Virus record (IMG/VR): IMGVR_UViG_3300035498_000265
Location: 1 to 64,000 of that record
Origin: a virus
Lineage: Duplodnaviria; Heunggongvirae; Uroviricota; Caudoviricetes; Crassvirales
Direction: 5' to 3' (one strand)
DNA length: 64,000 nt
Below are positions 13,243 through 20,078 of this stretch, piece by piece; the stretch's first letter is position 1; each line of letters begins with the position of its first letter. The translations under genes and the position numbers were made by a program. The notes beneath the pieces are model-generated. The model saw only the letters and a list, made by a program, of their open reading frames with translations. It made no database searches and was not told the DNA's origin.

Positions 13243-13330
13243 TTGCCTCAGTAGGACTCGAACCCACACTAACTCCTTCAAAGGGAAAACGGATTTAGAG
13301 TCCGCTGTGCTACCATTACACCATGAGGCA
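13243..13330 (-). tRNA. Amber-suppressor tRNA (anticodon CTA, reads UAG); type-II body with about 21-nt variable region, U1-A72, discriminator A
   Basis: Minus-strand sequence TGCCTCA-TG-GTGT-AATGGTA-GCAC-A-GCGGA-CTCTAAA-TCCGT-(21 nt variable)-GTGGG-TTCGAGT-CCTAC-TGAGGCA-A; perfect 7-bp acceptor; loop CUCUAAA has U33 and A37. Confidence 0.75.
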
Positions 13331-13398
13331 GTGTTTTATTTTCACATTGCAAAGATAAGAAAAATAATTTAAACTACCAAATAATTTGGCAAAAACTT

Positions 13399-13740
13399 TT
13401 AGAAAAAGTGTAAATAAAGTGGAGATAGGATAGTATATAAAGTTTTAATATACCAAGGTGAGCCTATGTTTAAATCAACTGAACAAGTCCTAGACTTATA
13501 TATCCCTAGAGAATAACATAAATTATGAACTCTCCACTCATTTATCATACTAAATAAAGACCTATCTTGAACTGCATATTTATACTCACTAGTAGATATT
13601 TCATCTCTCACTAGTAGTAAAAAAGCTTTCATGTCTGAAATACTCTTTAGTCTCCAAGATGCTTCTATGTTAGTATTACTAGATGATAATACTACCTTTA
13701 CTATGTAGTTATTGTAATTTATTGTTAGCTTTCTTTCCAT
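13399..13740 (-). CDS. Hypothetical 113-aa protein embedded in the tRNA array (no TAG, TAA stop)
   Basis: ATG 13738-13740 lies just 3-prime of tRNA-Leu(TAG); the track ORF 13399-13860 is the same frame but its 5-prime part overlaps tRNAs and is not coding. Confidence 0.3.
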   Translation of the reverse strand: MERKLTINYNNYIVKVVLSSSNTNIEASWRLKSISDMKAFLLLVRDEISTSEYKYAVQDRSLFSMINEWRVHNLCYSLGIYKSRTCSVDLNIGSPWYIKTLYTILSPLYLHFF

Positions 13741-13741
13741 G

Positions 13742-13828
13742 TACCCAAGGTGAGACTCGAACTCACACTCTACTATTACTTCGACATAGCTTCTAAGACT
13801 ATTGTGTCTGCCATTCCACCACTTGGGC
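13742..13828 (-). tRNA. tRNA-Leu (anticodon TAG), type II
   Basis: Acceptor GCCCAAG/CTTGGGT, anticodon arm ATAGT-CTTAGAA-GCTAT, long variable region, T-loop TTCGAGT, discriminator A. Confidence 0.6.
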
Positions 13829-13834
13829 ATATAG

Positions 13835-13908
13835 TGGAGATTGTGGGTATCGAACCTCACATCTAAGGATTTTCAGTCCCCCGCATAGACCATCTTTGCT
13901 AAATCTCC
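13835..13908 (-). tRNA. tRNA-Phe (anticodon GAA)
   Basis: Acceptor GGAGATT/AATCTCC, anticodon arm GGGGA-CTGAAAA-TCCTT; T-arm slightly irregular. Confidence 0.5.
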
Positions 13909-13974
13909 ATGTTAGTTTATTCAGGTCTCATCCTCTGTCACCACTCATAAACTAAGAGCAAAAACTTGTTGAAG

Positions 13975-14056
13975 TGGGAATAGCTGGAGTTGAACCAACT
14001 TAGCCTTTGGCAACGGTTTTACAGACCGCACTAATTCACCGCATTAAAGTATTCCC
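13975..14056 (-). tRNA. tRNA-Tyr (anticodon GTA), type II
   Basis: Acceptor GGGAATA/TATTCCC, anticodon arm GCGGT-CTGTAAA-ACCGT, 13-nt variable arm, T-loop TTCAACT, discriminator A. Confidence 0.65.
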
Positions 14057-14060
14057 TTAG

Positions 14061-14133
14061 TCTTCCCACTGGGATTTGAACCCAGAACCTTTTGATTAAG
14101 AGTCAAAAGCTCTACCAATTAAGCTATAGGAAG
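14061..14133 (-). tRNA. tRNA-Lys (anticodon CTT)
   Basis: D-arm GCTT..GAGC, anticodon arm TTTGA-CTCTTAA-TCAAA, T-arm CTGGG-TTCAAAT-CCCAG. Confidence 0.6.
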
Positions 14134-14370
14134 ATGTGTAGCCTTATAGCTGTTTTAGAGAGTTTATTCCTAGGAAATGGCTACCAGCTCCTCTTATATA
14201 TACTATTTTATGACGAATACAATTTAAGAGGGAATTATCTCAAAGGAATCATTCCCGAAGGGCAGTAGTATAAACTTGCTGACCTAGTAAAATACCAAGT
14301 AGCTGCCCTCTTAACTAAGTTTAAAGCTTTCTTCATAATTAAAGATTTTATAGTTAAACATGCTACTTAG

Positions 14371-14442
14371 AGACTCCTGTGGGAGTCGAACCCACGCTCA
14401 TAGTTTTGCAGACTATTGCCTTACCAGCTTGGCTAAGGAATC
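14371..14442 (-). tRNA. tRNA-Cys (anticodon GCA)
   Basis: Acceptor GATTCCT/AGGAGTC, anticodon arm ATAGT-CTGCAAA-ACTAT, T-arm GTGGG-TTCGACT-CCCAC. Confidence 0.65.
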
Positions 14443-14492
14443 ATAAACTATCCTAGAGTTTGATATACAGGGACTCTAGGTAAGCTCGAGCG

Positions 14493-14565
14493 TACTGTGG
14501 ATAGGACTTGAACCTATAACCTCTTGTGTATAAGACAACCGCACTAACCATTGTGCTACCACAGT
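14493..14565 (-). tRNA. tRNA-Ile (anticodon TAT)
   Basis: Acceptor ACTGTGG/CCACAGT, D-arm GCAC..GTGC, anticodon loop CTTATAC, T-loop TTCAAGT. Confidence 0.55.
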
Positions 14566-14575
14566 GAAATTATTG

Positions 14576-14647
14576 TAGGCATAAGTAGAATCGAACTACT
14601 ATTACAAGAATATCAGTCTTGCTTCCTAACCATTAGAAGATATGCCT
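14576..14647 (-). tRNA. tRNA-Ile (anticodon GAT)
   Basis: Acceptor AGGCATA/TATGCCT, anticodon arm CAAGA-CTGATAT-TCTTG, T-arm AGTAG-TTCGATT-CTACT. Confidence 0.6.
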
Positions 14648-14653
14648 ATGTAG

Positions 14654-14724
14654 CAAAGGTGGAGGGAATCGAACCCCCATTGCTAGTTTTGGAGACTAGA
14701 GTAATACCATTATACCACACCAAT
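14654..14724 (-). tRNA. tRNA-Trp (anticodon CCA)
   Basis: Anticodon arm CTAGT-CTCCAAA-ACTAG, T-loop TTCGATT; acceptor has two U-U mismatches. Confidence 0.5.
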
Positions 14725-14735
14725 ACTTACAGCAA

Positions 14736-14945
14736 TTATAACCTATGATTCATATATTCTTCACTTTCCATTAAAGCTCTGATTTGTCTTTCTAGAGAAC
14801 ACCCAGGCTCATACATATCTAATATAAGAGGGTAAGGGTAAGGATTTTCTATACCAACATAAGTATTCTTAGGTTTAGTATCTACCTCCGCTAGAGTCTT
14901 TAACCAAGCTAAATAGTCAGAGTAACTCTGTTGTTTATATTCCAT
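14736..14945 (-). CDS. Hypothetical 69-aa protein between tRNA blocks (TAA stop)
   Basis: Track ORF; standard stop, no TAG. Confidence 0.3.
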   Translation of the reverse strand: MEYKQQSYSDYLAWLKTLAEVDTKPKNTYVGIENPYPYPLILDMYEPGCSLERQIRALMESEEYMNHRL

Positions 14946-15087
14946 AATAAATTTAAAAGTGCTGCCATCATCAGCCTCGGCAGCTAAGGTAGGTTCTACG
15001 ACACCTAAAAGACGTTCACTACATATTGTATATATAGTTCTTCCAGTTACGTTGAGTCTTACACTAGTACTATTCTCTTTATTATTG

Positions 15088-15160
15088 CTCCCCCTATAGG
15101 GCTCGAACCTATGACCATCACATTAACAGTGTGCCGCTCTACCAACTGAGCTAAGAAGGA
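15088..15160 (-). tRNA. tRNA-Asn (anticodon GTT)
   Basis: D-arm GCTC-AGTTGGTA-GAGC, anticodon loop CTGTTAA, T-arm ATAGG-TTCGAGC-CCTAT. Confidence 0.6.
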
Positions 15161-15168
15161 ATATTTAG

Positions 15169-15240
15169 TGGACTAACAGGGGCTCGAACCCTGAATTATA
15201 GTTCGCAAAACTATTGTTATACCAGTTTAACTAAAAGCCC
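15169..15240 (-). tRNA. tRNA-Ala (anticodon TGC) with G3-U70
   Basis: Acceptor GGGCTTT with a G3-T70 wobble (the Ala identity pair), anticodon arm ATAGT-TTTGCGA-ACTAT, T-arm CAGGG-TTCGAGC-CCCTG. Confidence 0.55.
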
Positions 15241-15244
15241 ATAG

Positions 15245-15317
15245 TATGGTAGAGAAGACTCGAACTTCCAACCTCTTGGTCCCAAACCAAGAGCACTGCC
15301 TATTGTGCTACTACCAT
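15245..15317 (-). tRNA. tRNA-Pro (anticodon TGG)
   Basis: Acceptor ATGGTAG/CTACCAT, D-arm GCAC..GTGC, anticodon arm CTTGG-TTTGGGA-CCAAG, T-arm GGAAG-TTCGAGT-CTTCT. Confidence 0.7.
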
Positions 15318-15323
15318 AAGTAG

Positions 15324-15410
15324 AGGAGAGCATTAGACTCGAACTAAAGCCACTTTTACATGACCACTTTGCTTAGCAGGCAAGCCCTACTCCTAGTAGG
15401 TTTACTCTCC
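15324..15410 (-). tRNA. tRNA-Ser (anticodon GCT), type II
   Basis: Acceptor GGAGAGT/GCTCTCC, anticodon loop CTGCTAA, long variable arm, T-loop TTCGAGT. Confidence 0.55.
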
Positions 15411-15421
15411 ATAAATTTTAG

Positions 15422-15513
15422 AGGAGGATGTCAGACTCGAACTGACACATCGCTTTTACACGATTACTAGCAGTTTTCAAGACTGCTGCCTTACCAATTA
15501 GGCTTAATCCTCC
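15422..15513 (-). tRNA. tRNA-Ser (anticodon TGA), type II
   Basis: Acceptor GGAGGAT/ATCCTCC, anticodon arm GCAGT-CTTGAAA-ACTGC, variable arm of about 23 nt, T-arm GTCAG-TTCGAGT-CTGAC. Confidence 0.65.
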
Positions 15514-15627
15514 ATAAAGGAGCCCACTTACACCTTCACAGGCTGAGTGGGATAATGATTTAATCTTTGTATCTTTACATCGTAACAACAAATCACCACA
15601 ACAAAATGTCTTATAGTGTCTTATAAG

Positions 15628-15699
15628 TACTCCCTGAAAGAATCGAACTTTCATCAATAGCTTAGAAGGCTATGGCTTTATCCATTAAGCTAAGGAAGC
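15628..15699 (-). tRNA. tRNA-Arg (anticodon TCT)
   Basis: Acceptor GCTTCCT/AGGGAGT, D-arm GCTT..AAGC, anticodon arm ATAGC-CTTCTAA-GCTAT, T-arm GAAAG-TTCGATT-CTTTC. Confidence 0.65.
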
Positions 15700-15738
15700 A
15701 TTGTGTTTTGAATTACAGTGCAAAGTTAAGTAAAATTT

Positions 15739-15767
15739 TTGACATATGCAAATTTTTACTGAATTAT
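15739..15767 (+). promoter_or_regulatory. Box TTGACATATGCAAAT (copy 1), sigma70 -35-like, with weak -10 AATTAT 17 nt downstream
   Basis: Exact 15-mer shared with 16400-16414; contains the near-palindrome ACATATGC. Confidence 0.3.
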
Positions 15768-15782
15768 TTTCAATTATTTGAT

Positions 15783-16094
15783 AACTTTCTAATCAATTAA
15801 GGATTTAAGACACCTAGCTACCCACTCTACCATAGGCTCATCTGATGATGCATTATGGTATTGACCTTCCCTTAATATAGCATGAATTAGCTCATGCAAT
15901 AAAGTTATTTTATATTCACTAGTGTCCATAGGCTATCCTTTAGAATCATATTTAGATAACCAAACCTAGTTAGTTACAGTGTTAGTCATACCAGCAATAA
16001 AAACATCTTTCTCATCTGTTTCTATCTTATCTACCTATTCTAAGGTGTATTTAGTACCAAATAAATCAAATTCTTTAACCTTTAATTTTCTCAT
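15783..16094 (-). CDS. Small HExxH zinc-metallopeptidase-like protein (ImmA/IrrE- or SprT-like), about 103 codons with 4 in-frame TAG
   Basis: ATG 16092-16094 (MRKLKVKEFDLF...), motif TLLHELIHAIL; in-frame TAG codons; ends at TAA 15783-15785. Confidence 0.4.
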
Positions 16095-16399
16095 AGTTAT
16101 CCTCATTCCTAGTTAACTTAACCTCAATTTAAAAGTTATCATTTATAAAGAGACCTGCCCCAATAGCCAGTGAAGGAGCTCGGCACAAAATTAATAATAG
16201 CATTGAGGGCGTTTATATATTATTAGTTTTCCTCTTAGTTATCCCTAGCTCCAATTACCTCTGCCCTACTAATGGTATCCTTTACTTTCCCATGTTGGCT
16301 TGGAGACCTCTCAACTATATTAATTTCTTCTCTTTTTACAATGAGGTTATGTCTTCTAGTACTTATATGTCCTAGTGATTGCAAAGGTAAGAAAAAAAA

Positions 16400-16434
16400 T
16401 TGACATATGCAAATCTTTTAACAATTTTTATGAT
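16400..16434 (+). promoter_or_regulatory. Box TTGACATATGCAAAT (copy 2)
   Basis: Exact repeat of the 15739 box at the edge of the divergent early control region. Confidence 0.3.
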
Positions 16435-16488
16435 TTGTCTAACAAAATAATTTTTTTAATTTTTCTGAAAAATTTTTTGGAATTTTTT

Positions 16489-16518
16489 TTGATTTTACTT
16501 GTAAGAGGGAGATATAAT
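16489..16518 (+). promoter_or_regulatory. Sigma70-type early promoter: -35 TTGATT, 18-nt spacer, -10 TATAAT
   Basis: Hexamers read directly from sequence; sits about 80 nt upstream of the first plus-strand early gene in an AT-rich, T-tract-rich region. Confidence 0.4.
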
Positions 16519-16596
16519 ATAAACACCACTCCACCATTCCTTTGACAATTGGGGATAGTCCCCCTCCTTATTACTAACTCATTAAATATTACCACT

Positions 16597-16818
16597 ATGT
16601 CACAAGAACAAGGCAAAGCTGCTTGGATGACACTCTCTAAGCAAGACCAAGACTACCTAGTAAGTCACCTAGAATCAGACAAAGTATCTGACCACATTGA
16701 CCTCATCAAGGCACTAGACTGCTATGACCCAATGACTAAAGTAGCCTATGAATGGCTAGAAGCCAACAGACCAGACTTACTAGCTAAGCTACTAGAACTA
16801 GACGACATCTATGGCTAA
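16597..16818 (+). CDS. Early hypothetical protein, 73 aa
   Basis: Track ORF 16549-16818, trimmed to the first ATG downstream of the promoter; TAA stop. Confidence 0.45.
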   Translation: MSQEQGKAAWMTLSKQDQDYLVSHLESDKVSDHIDLIKALDCYDPMTKVAYEWLEANRPDLLAKLLELDDIYG

Positions 16819-16861
16819 AAGGCAACAGCTCAGTAGGAGAAATCCTACTGGGTTGTATTCC

Positions 16862-16895
16862 TAATCTAAATATAACTTAATATATATTTTGATTG
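16862..16895 (+). promoter_or_regulatory. Phage promoter-like repeat, copy 1 (TAATCTAAATATAACTT...TTGAT)
   Basis: Member of a 5-copy motif family, each copy immediately upstream of a small early ORF. Confidence 0.3.
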
Positions 16896-16918
16896 TTTAA
16901 TTAAATATATAATGTATT

Positions 16919-17146
16919 ATGAATGAAGCAAGTAAAGAACACCTAGAAATTATAAGCTTAGCTACTAAGTATTATGGCTTAGAACATATGCCTTTTGAAG
17001 AAGGCTTAAAGGTAATTGAGCAGCACCTTGATTTAAGTGAGCCAAAGAAGGCATTGAATGAATTGCAACTATTAGTTGCAACCTTTGGCACTAAGGAAAT
17101 TGAGGATAGTTATAATGCCTATTGTGATGAGCATAGGCGTGAATAA
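16919..17146 (+). CDS. Early hypothetical protein, 75 aa
   Basis: Track ORF, TAA stop. Confidence 0.5.
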   Translation: MNEASKEHLEIISLATKYYGLEHMPFEEGLKVIEQHLDLSEPKKALNELQLLVATFGTKEIEDSYNAYCDEHRRE

Positions 17147-17200
17147 CTAAAGAATTAAGCTTGGTGTAGCATAGCTACACTGAGCTTAATCACCTAGTAA

Positions 17201-17238
17201 TAAATCTAAATAGAACTTATTCTAACTCTTGATATGAC
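17201..17238 (+). promoter_or_regulatory. Promoter-like repeat, copy 2 (TAAATCTAAATAGAACTTATTCTAACTCTTGATATGAC)
   Basis: Motif family; preceded by hairpin GTGTAGC-ATA-GCTACAC. Confidence 0.3.
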
Positions 17239-17470
17239 TAAAACCATTATTATTTGCGCATTGCTTGCTATAGTAGGCTTTGGTGCAGGCTATCTCACTT
17301 GCCAAAAAGTGAATGTAGATATTCAGTTAATTGATGCTCAGAATGCAGCTCTAGAGAAAGCTGAGATTGTTATGGATAACAATGACCTCTGGGATATTGA
17401 TGGCTCTGATGACATGGCTGAATATATGGAGTTAACTGCTGAGGTAGACTCTATCTGGAAAACAAAGTAA
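17234..17470 (+). CDS. Early membrane protein, 78 aa (N-terminal transmembrane helix)
   Basis: Track ORF; hydrophobic N-terminus. Confidence 0.5.
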   Translation: MTKTIIICALLAIVGFGAGYLTCQKVNVDIQLIDAQNAALEKAEIVMDNNDLWDIDGSDDMAEYMELTAEVDSIWKTK

Positions 17471-17523
17471 TATATACACTAGTGAGAAATCACTAGTGTA
17501 TTAACATTTTAAATATTAAATCA

Positions 17524-17715
17524 ATGGACATTGACAGTGAGTTAATCAAGGGAATAATTTATTATATTAAACGTATTCCTGCATGGGAGAATGATGACAT
17601 CATCATAGTAAGTGTTGAACCTAGAGTAAAGGGTTTATATGTAATTTATAGACCAGTTAGAAGACAACAAGGGTTTGGCAAGTTAATCAGTTATAAAGAA
17701 TTAGCTGAGTGGTAA
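17524..17715 (+). CDS. Early hypothetical protein, 63 aa
   Basis: Track ORF, TAA stop. Confidence 0.4.
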   Translation: MDIDSELIKGIIYYIKRIPAWENDDIIIVSVEPRVKGLYVIYRPVRRQQGFGKLISYKELAEW

Positions 17716-17776
17716 TAAGGTTAGCCCTAGGCACTATTTTATAATGGTGTCTAGGGATTAATTAAAATCACTGTAG

Positions 17777-17815
17777 TAAATCTAAACATCACAATTGCAT
17801 TTGGTTATTAATTCA
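17777..17815 (+). promoter_or_regulatory. Promoter-like repeat, copy 3 (partial match)
   Basis: Shares TAAATCTAAACAT with the other copies; preceded by inverted repeat CCCTAGGCAC/GTGTCTAGGG. Confidence 0.25.
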
Positions 17816-17897
17816 GTGGGGGGTTAGGCTTAGCTGTAGTTATTATATGTGTACTAGTGAGGATTAAACTGGATTTAAAGGTTAATTTAATTGGTAA

Positions 17898-17934
17898 TAA
17901 ATCTAAACATAACTTTACCTATTCTTTGATGAAA
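17898..17934 (+). promoter_or_regulatory. Promoter-like repeat, copy 4
   Basis: TAAATCTAAACATAACTTTACCTATTCTTTGATGAAAT. Confidence 0.3.
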
Positions 17935-18000
17935 TCAAGGGTTCTAAGCTATTATAAAGGTTAGAACTATGTGGGTTTATTAAGTTAATAATGTTTGGAG

Positions 18001-18038
18001 TAAATCTAAACAGAACTTTTCCTATTCCTTGATATAAA
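18001..18038 (+). promoter_or_regulatory. Promoter-like repeat, copy 5
   Basis: TAAATCTAAACAGAACTTTTCCTATTCCTTGATATAAA. Confidence 0.3.
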
Positions 18039-18146
18039 CAATTAATTTTGTGTTAAGAGGTCAGGTCTCTGAAACACTTTATTAGTAATGCCTGCGGTTA
18101 GGTGTGTCTGTTAACACACTAGTAGCTCTGGGATGAGTTAAATAAA

Positions 18147-18482
18147 ATGGCTGAACAAAATATCGCCGAACTCCGTGGTATCCAAAACTCTTGGTCTCTA
18201 ATGGCTTTTGCTAGAGCAAAAGGTCTACCACACCCTAACACATCAAAGAACACCTTAACTGGTGAAACTTTCCACAACTTGTGCTTTGTTGACCAAGACA
18301 ACAACAGAACATTTGTTGCCTTCTCAAGCAAACTTGGTGAGCTTACTCCTGAGGAGATTGTAGCTCGCAAAGATGAATTGCAAGTTGTTAAGTTGAATCC
18401 TGACGCTGATGGCAAAGAAGGTGGTTATCTGCTTTGCAAAGCTGGTAATCTCAATCTTGGCGAAGCTATTCAACTGTTCTAA
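18147..18482 (+). CDS. Early hypothetical protein, 111 aa (locally higher GC)
   Basis: Track ORF; followed by a strong terminator. Confidence 0.55.
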   Translation: MAEQNIAELRGIQNSWSLMAFARAKGLPHPNTSKNTLTGETFHNLCFVDQDNNRTFVAFSSKLGELTPEEIVARKDELQVVKLNPDADGKEGGYLLCKAGNLNLGEAIQLF

Positions 18483-18525
18483 GCTTGAACTAGAACTAAC
18501 TAACTGAGTTAATTGAGTTAATAGA

Positions 18526-18562
18526 GAATGAAGGGCTGACTATCAACCCTTCATTCTTTTTT
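18526..18562 (+). terminator. Rho-independent terminator
   Basis: Stem GAATGAAGGG...CCCTTCATTC followed by TTTTTT. Confidence 0.6.
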
Positions 18563-18622
18563 CAACAATTTCTGTCAAGCAAATTATCACAAAATCAATA
18601 ATACATAGCTATTTATACTGTT

Positions 18623-18718
18623 ATGGACTTTTGGTTTGACCTATATACAGGCATTGTAGCAATAGCTTATATGCTAATAATTGGATTAATTATCAAAGGA
18701 ATTTCCGAAGATAAGTAA
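18623..18718 (+). CDS. 31-aa hydrophobic micro-protein (single transmembrane helix)
   Basis: ATG...TAA frame MDFWFDLYTGIVAIAYMLIIGLIIKGISEDK; below the track length cut-off. Confidence 0.25.
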   Translation: MDFWFDLYTGIVAIAYMLIIGLIIKGISEDK

Positions 18719-18750
18719 ATAAAATATCAAATTCTAACAATATTTACAAG

Positions 18751-19071
18751 ATGAAACACATCAAGAGTACAAACAAACCATTCATAGTTATAGCTATTTT
18801 AGCAGCTATGATGTTTATATCTTCTGTATCTTTATTTGCAGAAGTAACAAGAGAAGGTAATACTTTTAAAACAGAACAAACATCTACATCTCAAGGTACT
18901 CAAACTAAATATACTTGGGAAGATAAAGAAGGTAATAAATATCCTATCTTTATTACTAAGAGAGGTGCTTGTTATGTGAATAAAGTATCAAAGAAAACAG
19001 GTAAAGAATATAAATACTATTTACCTAAAGACATTCAAGAAACTATTAAAAAAGAACTTGGTTATGAATAA
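18751..19071 (+). CDS. Secreted or membrane-anchored 106-aa protein (signal peptide)
   Basis: Track ORF; N-terminal signal-like segment KPFIVIAILAAMMFISSVSLFA. Confidence 0.5.
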   Translation: MKHIKSTNKPFIVIAILAAMMFISSVSLFAEVTREGNTFKTEQTSTSQGTQTKYTWEDKEGNKYPIFITKRGACYVNKVSKKTGKEYKYYLPKDIQETIKKELGYE

Positions 19072-19339
19072 TTTCTGTGCAGTAGCTACTATAGCTAAAA
19101 CATTAAATAAAATGCCTGTAGACTACAGAAGCATCACTGGTAAGCACTACCCTACATACTATACAACTATCGAACTTCTATCTAAATTGGTTGATAGACT
19201 AGATAATGATGATAGTCTTGATAAAGATATAAGAGACTTAAAATCTGAGAAATCTTGTCTTATAGAATTAGGGTTTTCCAAAATGTGTGTATTCTTTAAT
19301 AAATATAGCGGAGAAGCTATAGCAATTCTAGGTATATGA
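19058..19339 (+). CDS. Hypothetical 93-aa protein
   Basis: Track ORF overlapping the previous stop. Confidence 0.4.
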   Translation: MVMNNFCAVATIAKTLNKMPVDYRSITGKHYPTYYTTIELLSKLVDRLDNDDSLDKDIRDLKSEKSCLIELGFSKMCVFFNKYSGEAIAILGI

Positions 19340-19436
19340 AAAGATACAAAGTAATAGACTCTGAGGGCTATGTTCTCAGAGTCTTTAATTCATATAAGTT
19401 AGCTATGACATTTAAAATAGCTAATGGTAGAATGGA

Positions 19437-19685
19437 TTGGTCAATAATTTGCAAATAATGAAGCAATTAAATATAAAGCTAATATTGAAGAGTATTCTCT
19501 TCTATATTACTATGTTTAGTTATATACTATTCATAATGAGTGTAGACGACTTAAGCTTAAAAAGTCTATTTCTATGCATATTAGGGTTAGCTTTACTAAC
19601 TTATATATGTCATAAAGTGAAGTTTAGTAATATTGAGTTAGATATAATTTCTGGGAATTCCCTATTTAAGAAATGGGGAATTTGA
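19437..19685 (+). CDS. Membrane protein, 82 aa
   Basis: Track ORF; two hydrophobic segments. Confidence 0.4.
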   Translation: MVNNLQIMKQLNIKLILKSILFYITMFSYILFIMSVDDLSLKSLFLCILGLALLTYICHKVKFSNIELDIISGNSLFKKWGI

Positions 19686-19741
19686 GGTGAAAGAATATTT
19701 ATGGTTTGATTATTAACTCAGTCTGTGAAGATAGAGTTATA

Positions 19742-19812
19742 TACCCCTAAAGCATAGAGGCGATGCAATGGATTTTTAATCCATGGAGTAAAGTTCAAGT
19801 CTTTATAGGGGT
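19742..19812 (+). tRNA. tRNA-Lys (anticodon TTT)
   Basis: Acceptor ACCCCTA/TAGGGGT, D-arm GCAT..ATGC, anticodon arm ATGGA-TTTTTAA-TCCAT, T-arm TAAAG-TTCAAGT-CTTTA. Confidence 0.7.
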
Positions 19813-19902
19813 ACAATTTGTAATGGTTGTAACGACGTTTAGGCATTTTAGTTAATTGGAATGTTAATATTAGTATTAACCTGTGAAGGCGAAGTACTAA
19901 CT

Positions 19903-19983
19903 GGAGATATTAATCATGGCTTAACACAGTGCAAATAGTCAATGAAATATTGGTTAATGTGAGTTCGATTCTCACTATCTCCG
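19903..19983 (+). ncRNA. Aberrant 81-nt tRNA-like element (perfect 7-bp acceptor and T-arm, no canonical anticodon arm)
   Basis: GGAGATA...TATCTCC acceptor, T-arm GTGAG-TTCGATT-CTCAC; only a mismatched candidate arm CATGG-CTTAACA-CAGTG. Confidence 0.35.
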
Positions 19984-20078
19984 CTTAAGCTTATACTATA
20001 TACAACAGACGATTTTAAGGTAATTGCTTGTGAAAGTATTTGCCTTTATCTTTGAGATTGGTTTTTAGTTAATATAAG

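Noticed and set aside
13399-13860. Full-length track ORF 13399-13860 (153 aa)
   Set aside because: Its N-terminal third overlaps tRNA-Leu(TAG) and tRNA-Phe. Only the part from the ATG at 13740 downward is retained, as a low-confidence CDS.
19903-19983. Possible ochre-suppressor tRNA (candidate anticodon UUA in loop CTTAACA)
   Set aside because: The stem has a G-A mismatch and position 37 is C. TAA is the stop codon of most genes in the window, so an ochre suppressor is implausible. Kept only as a tRNA-like element.
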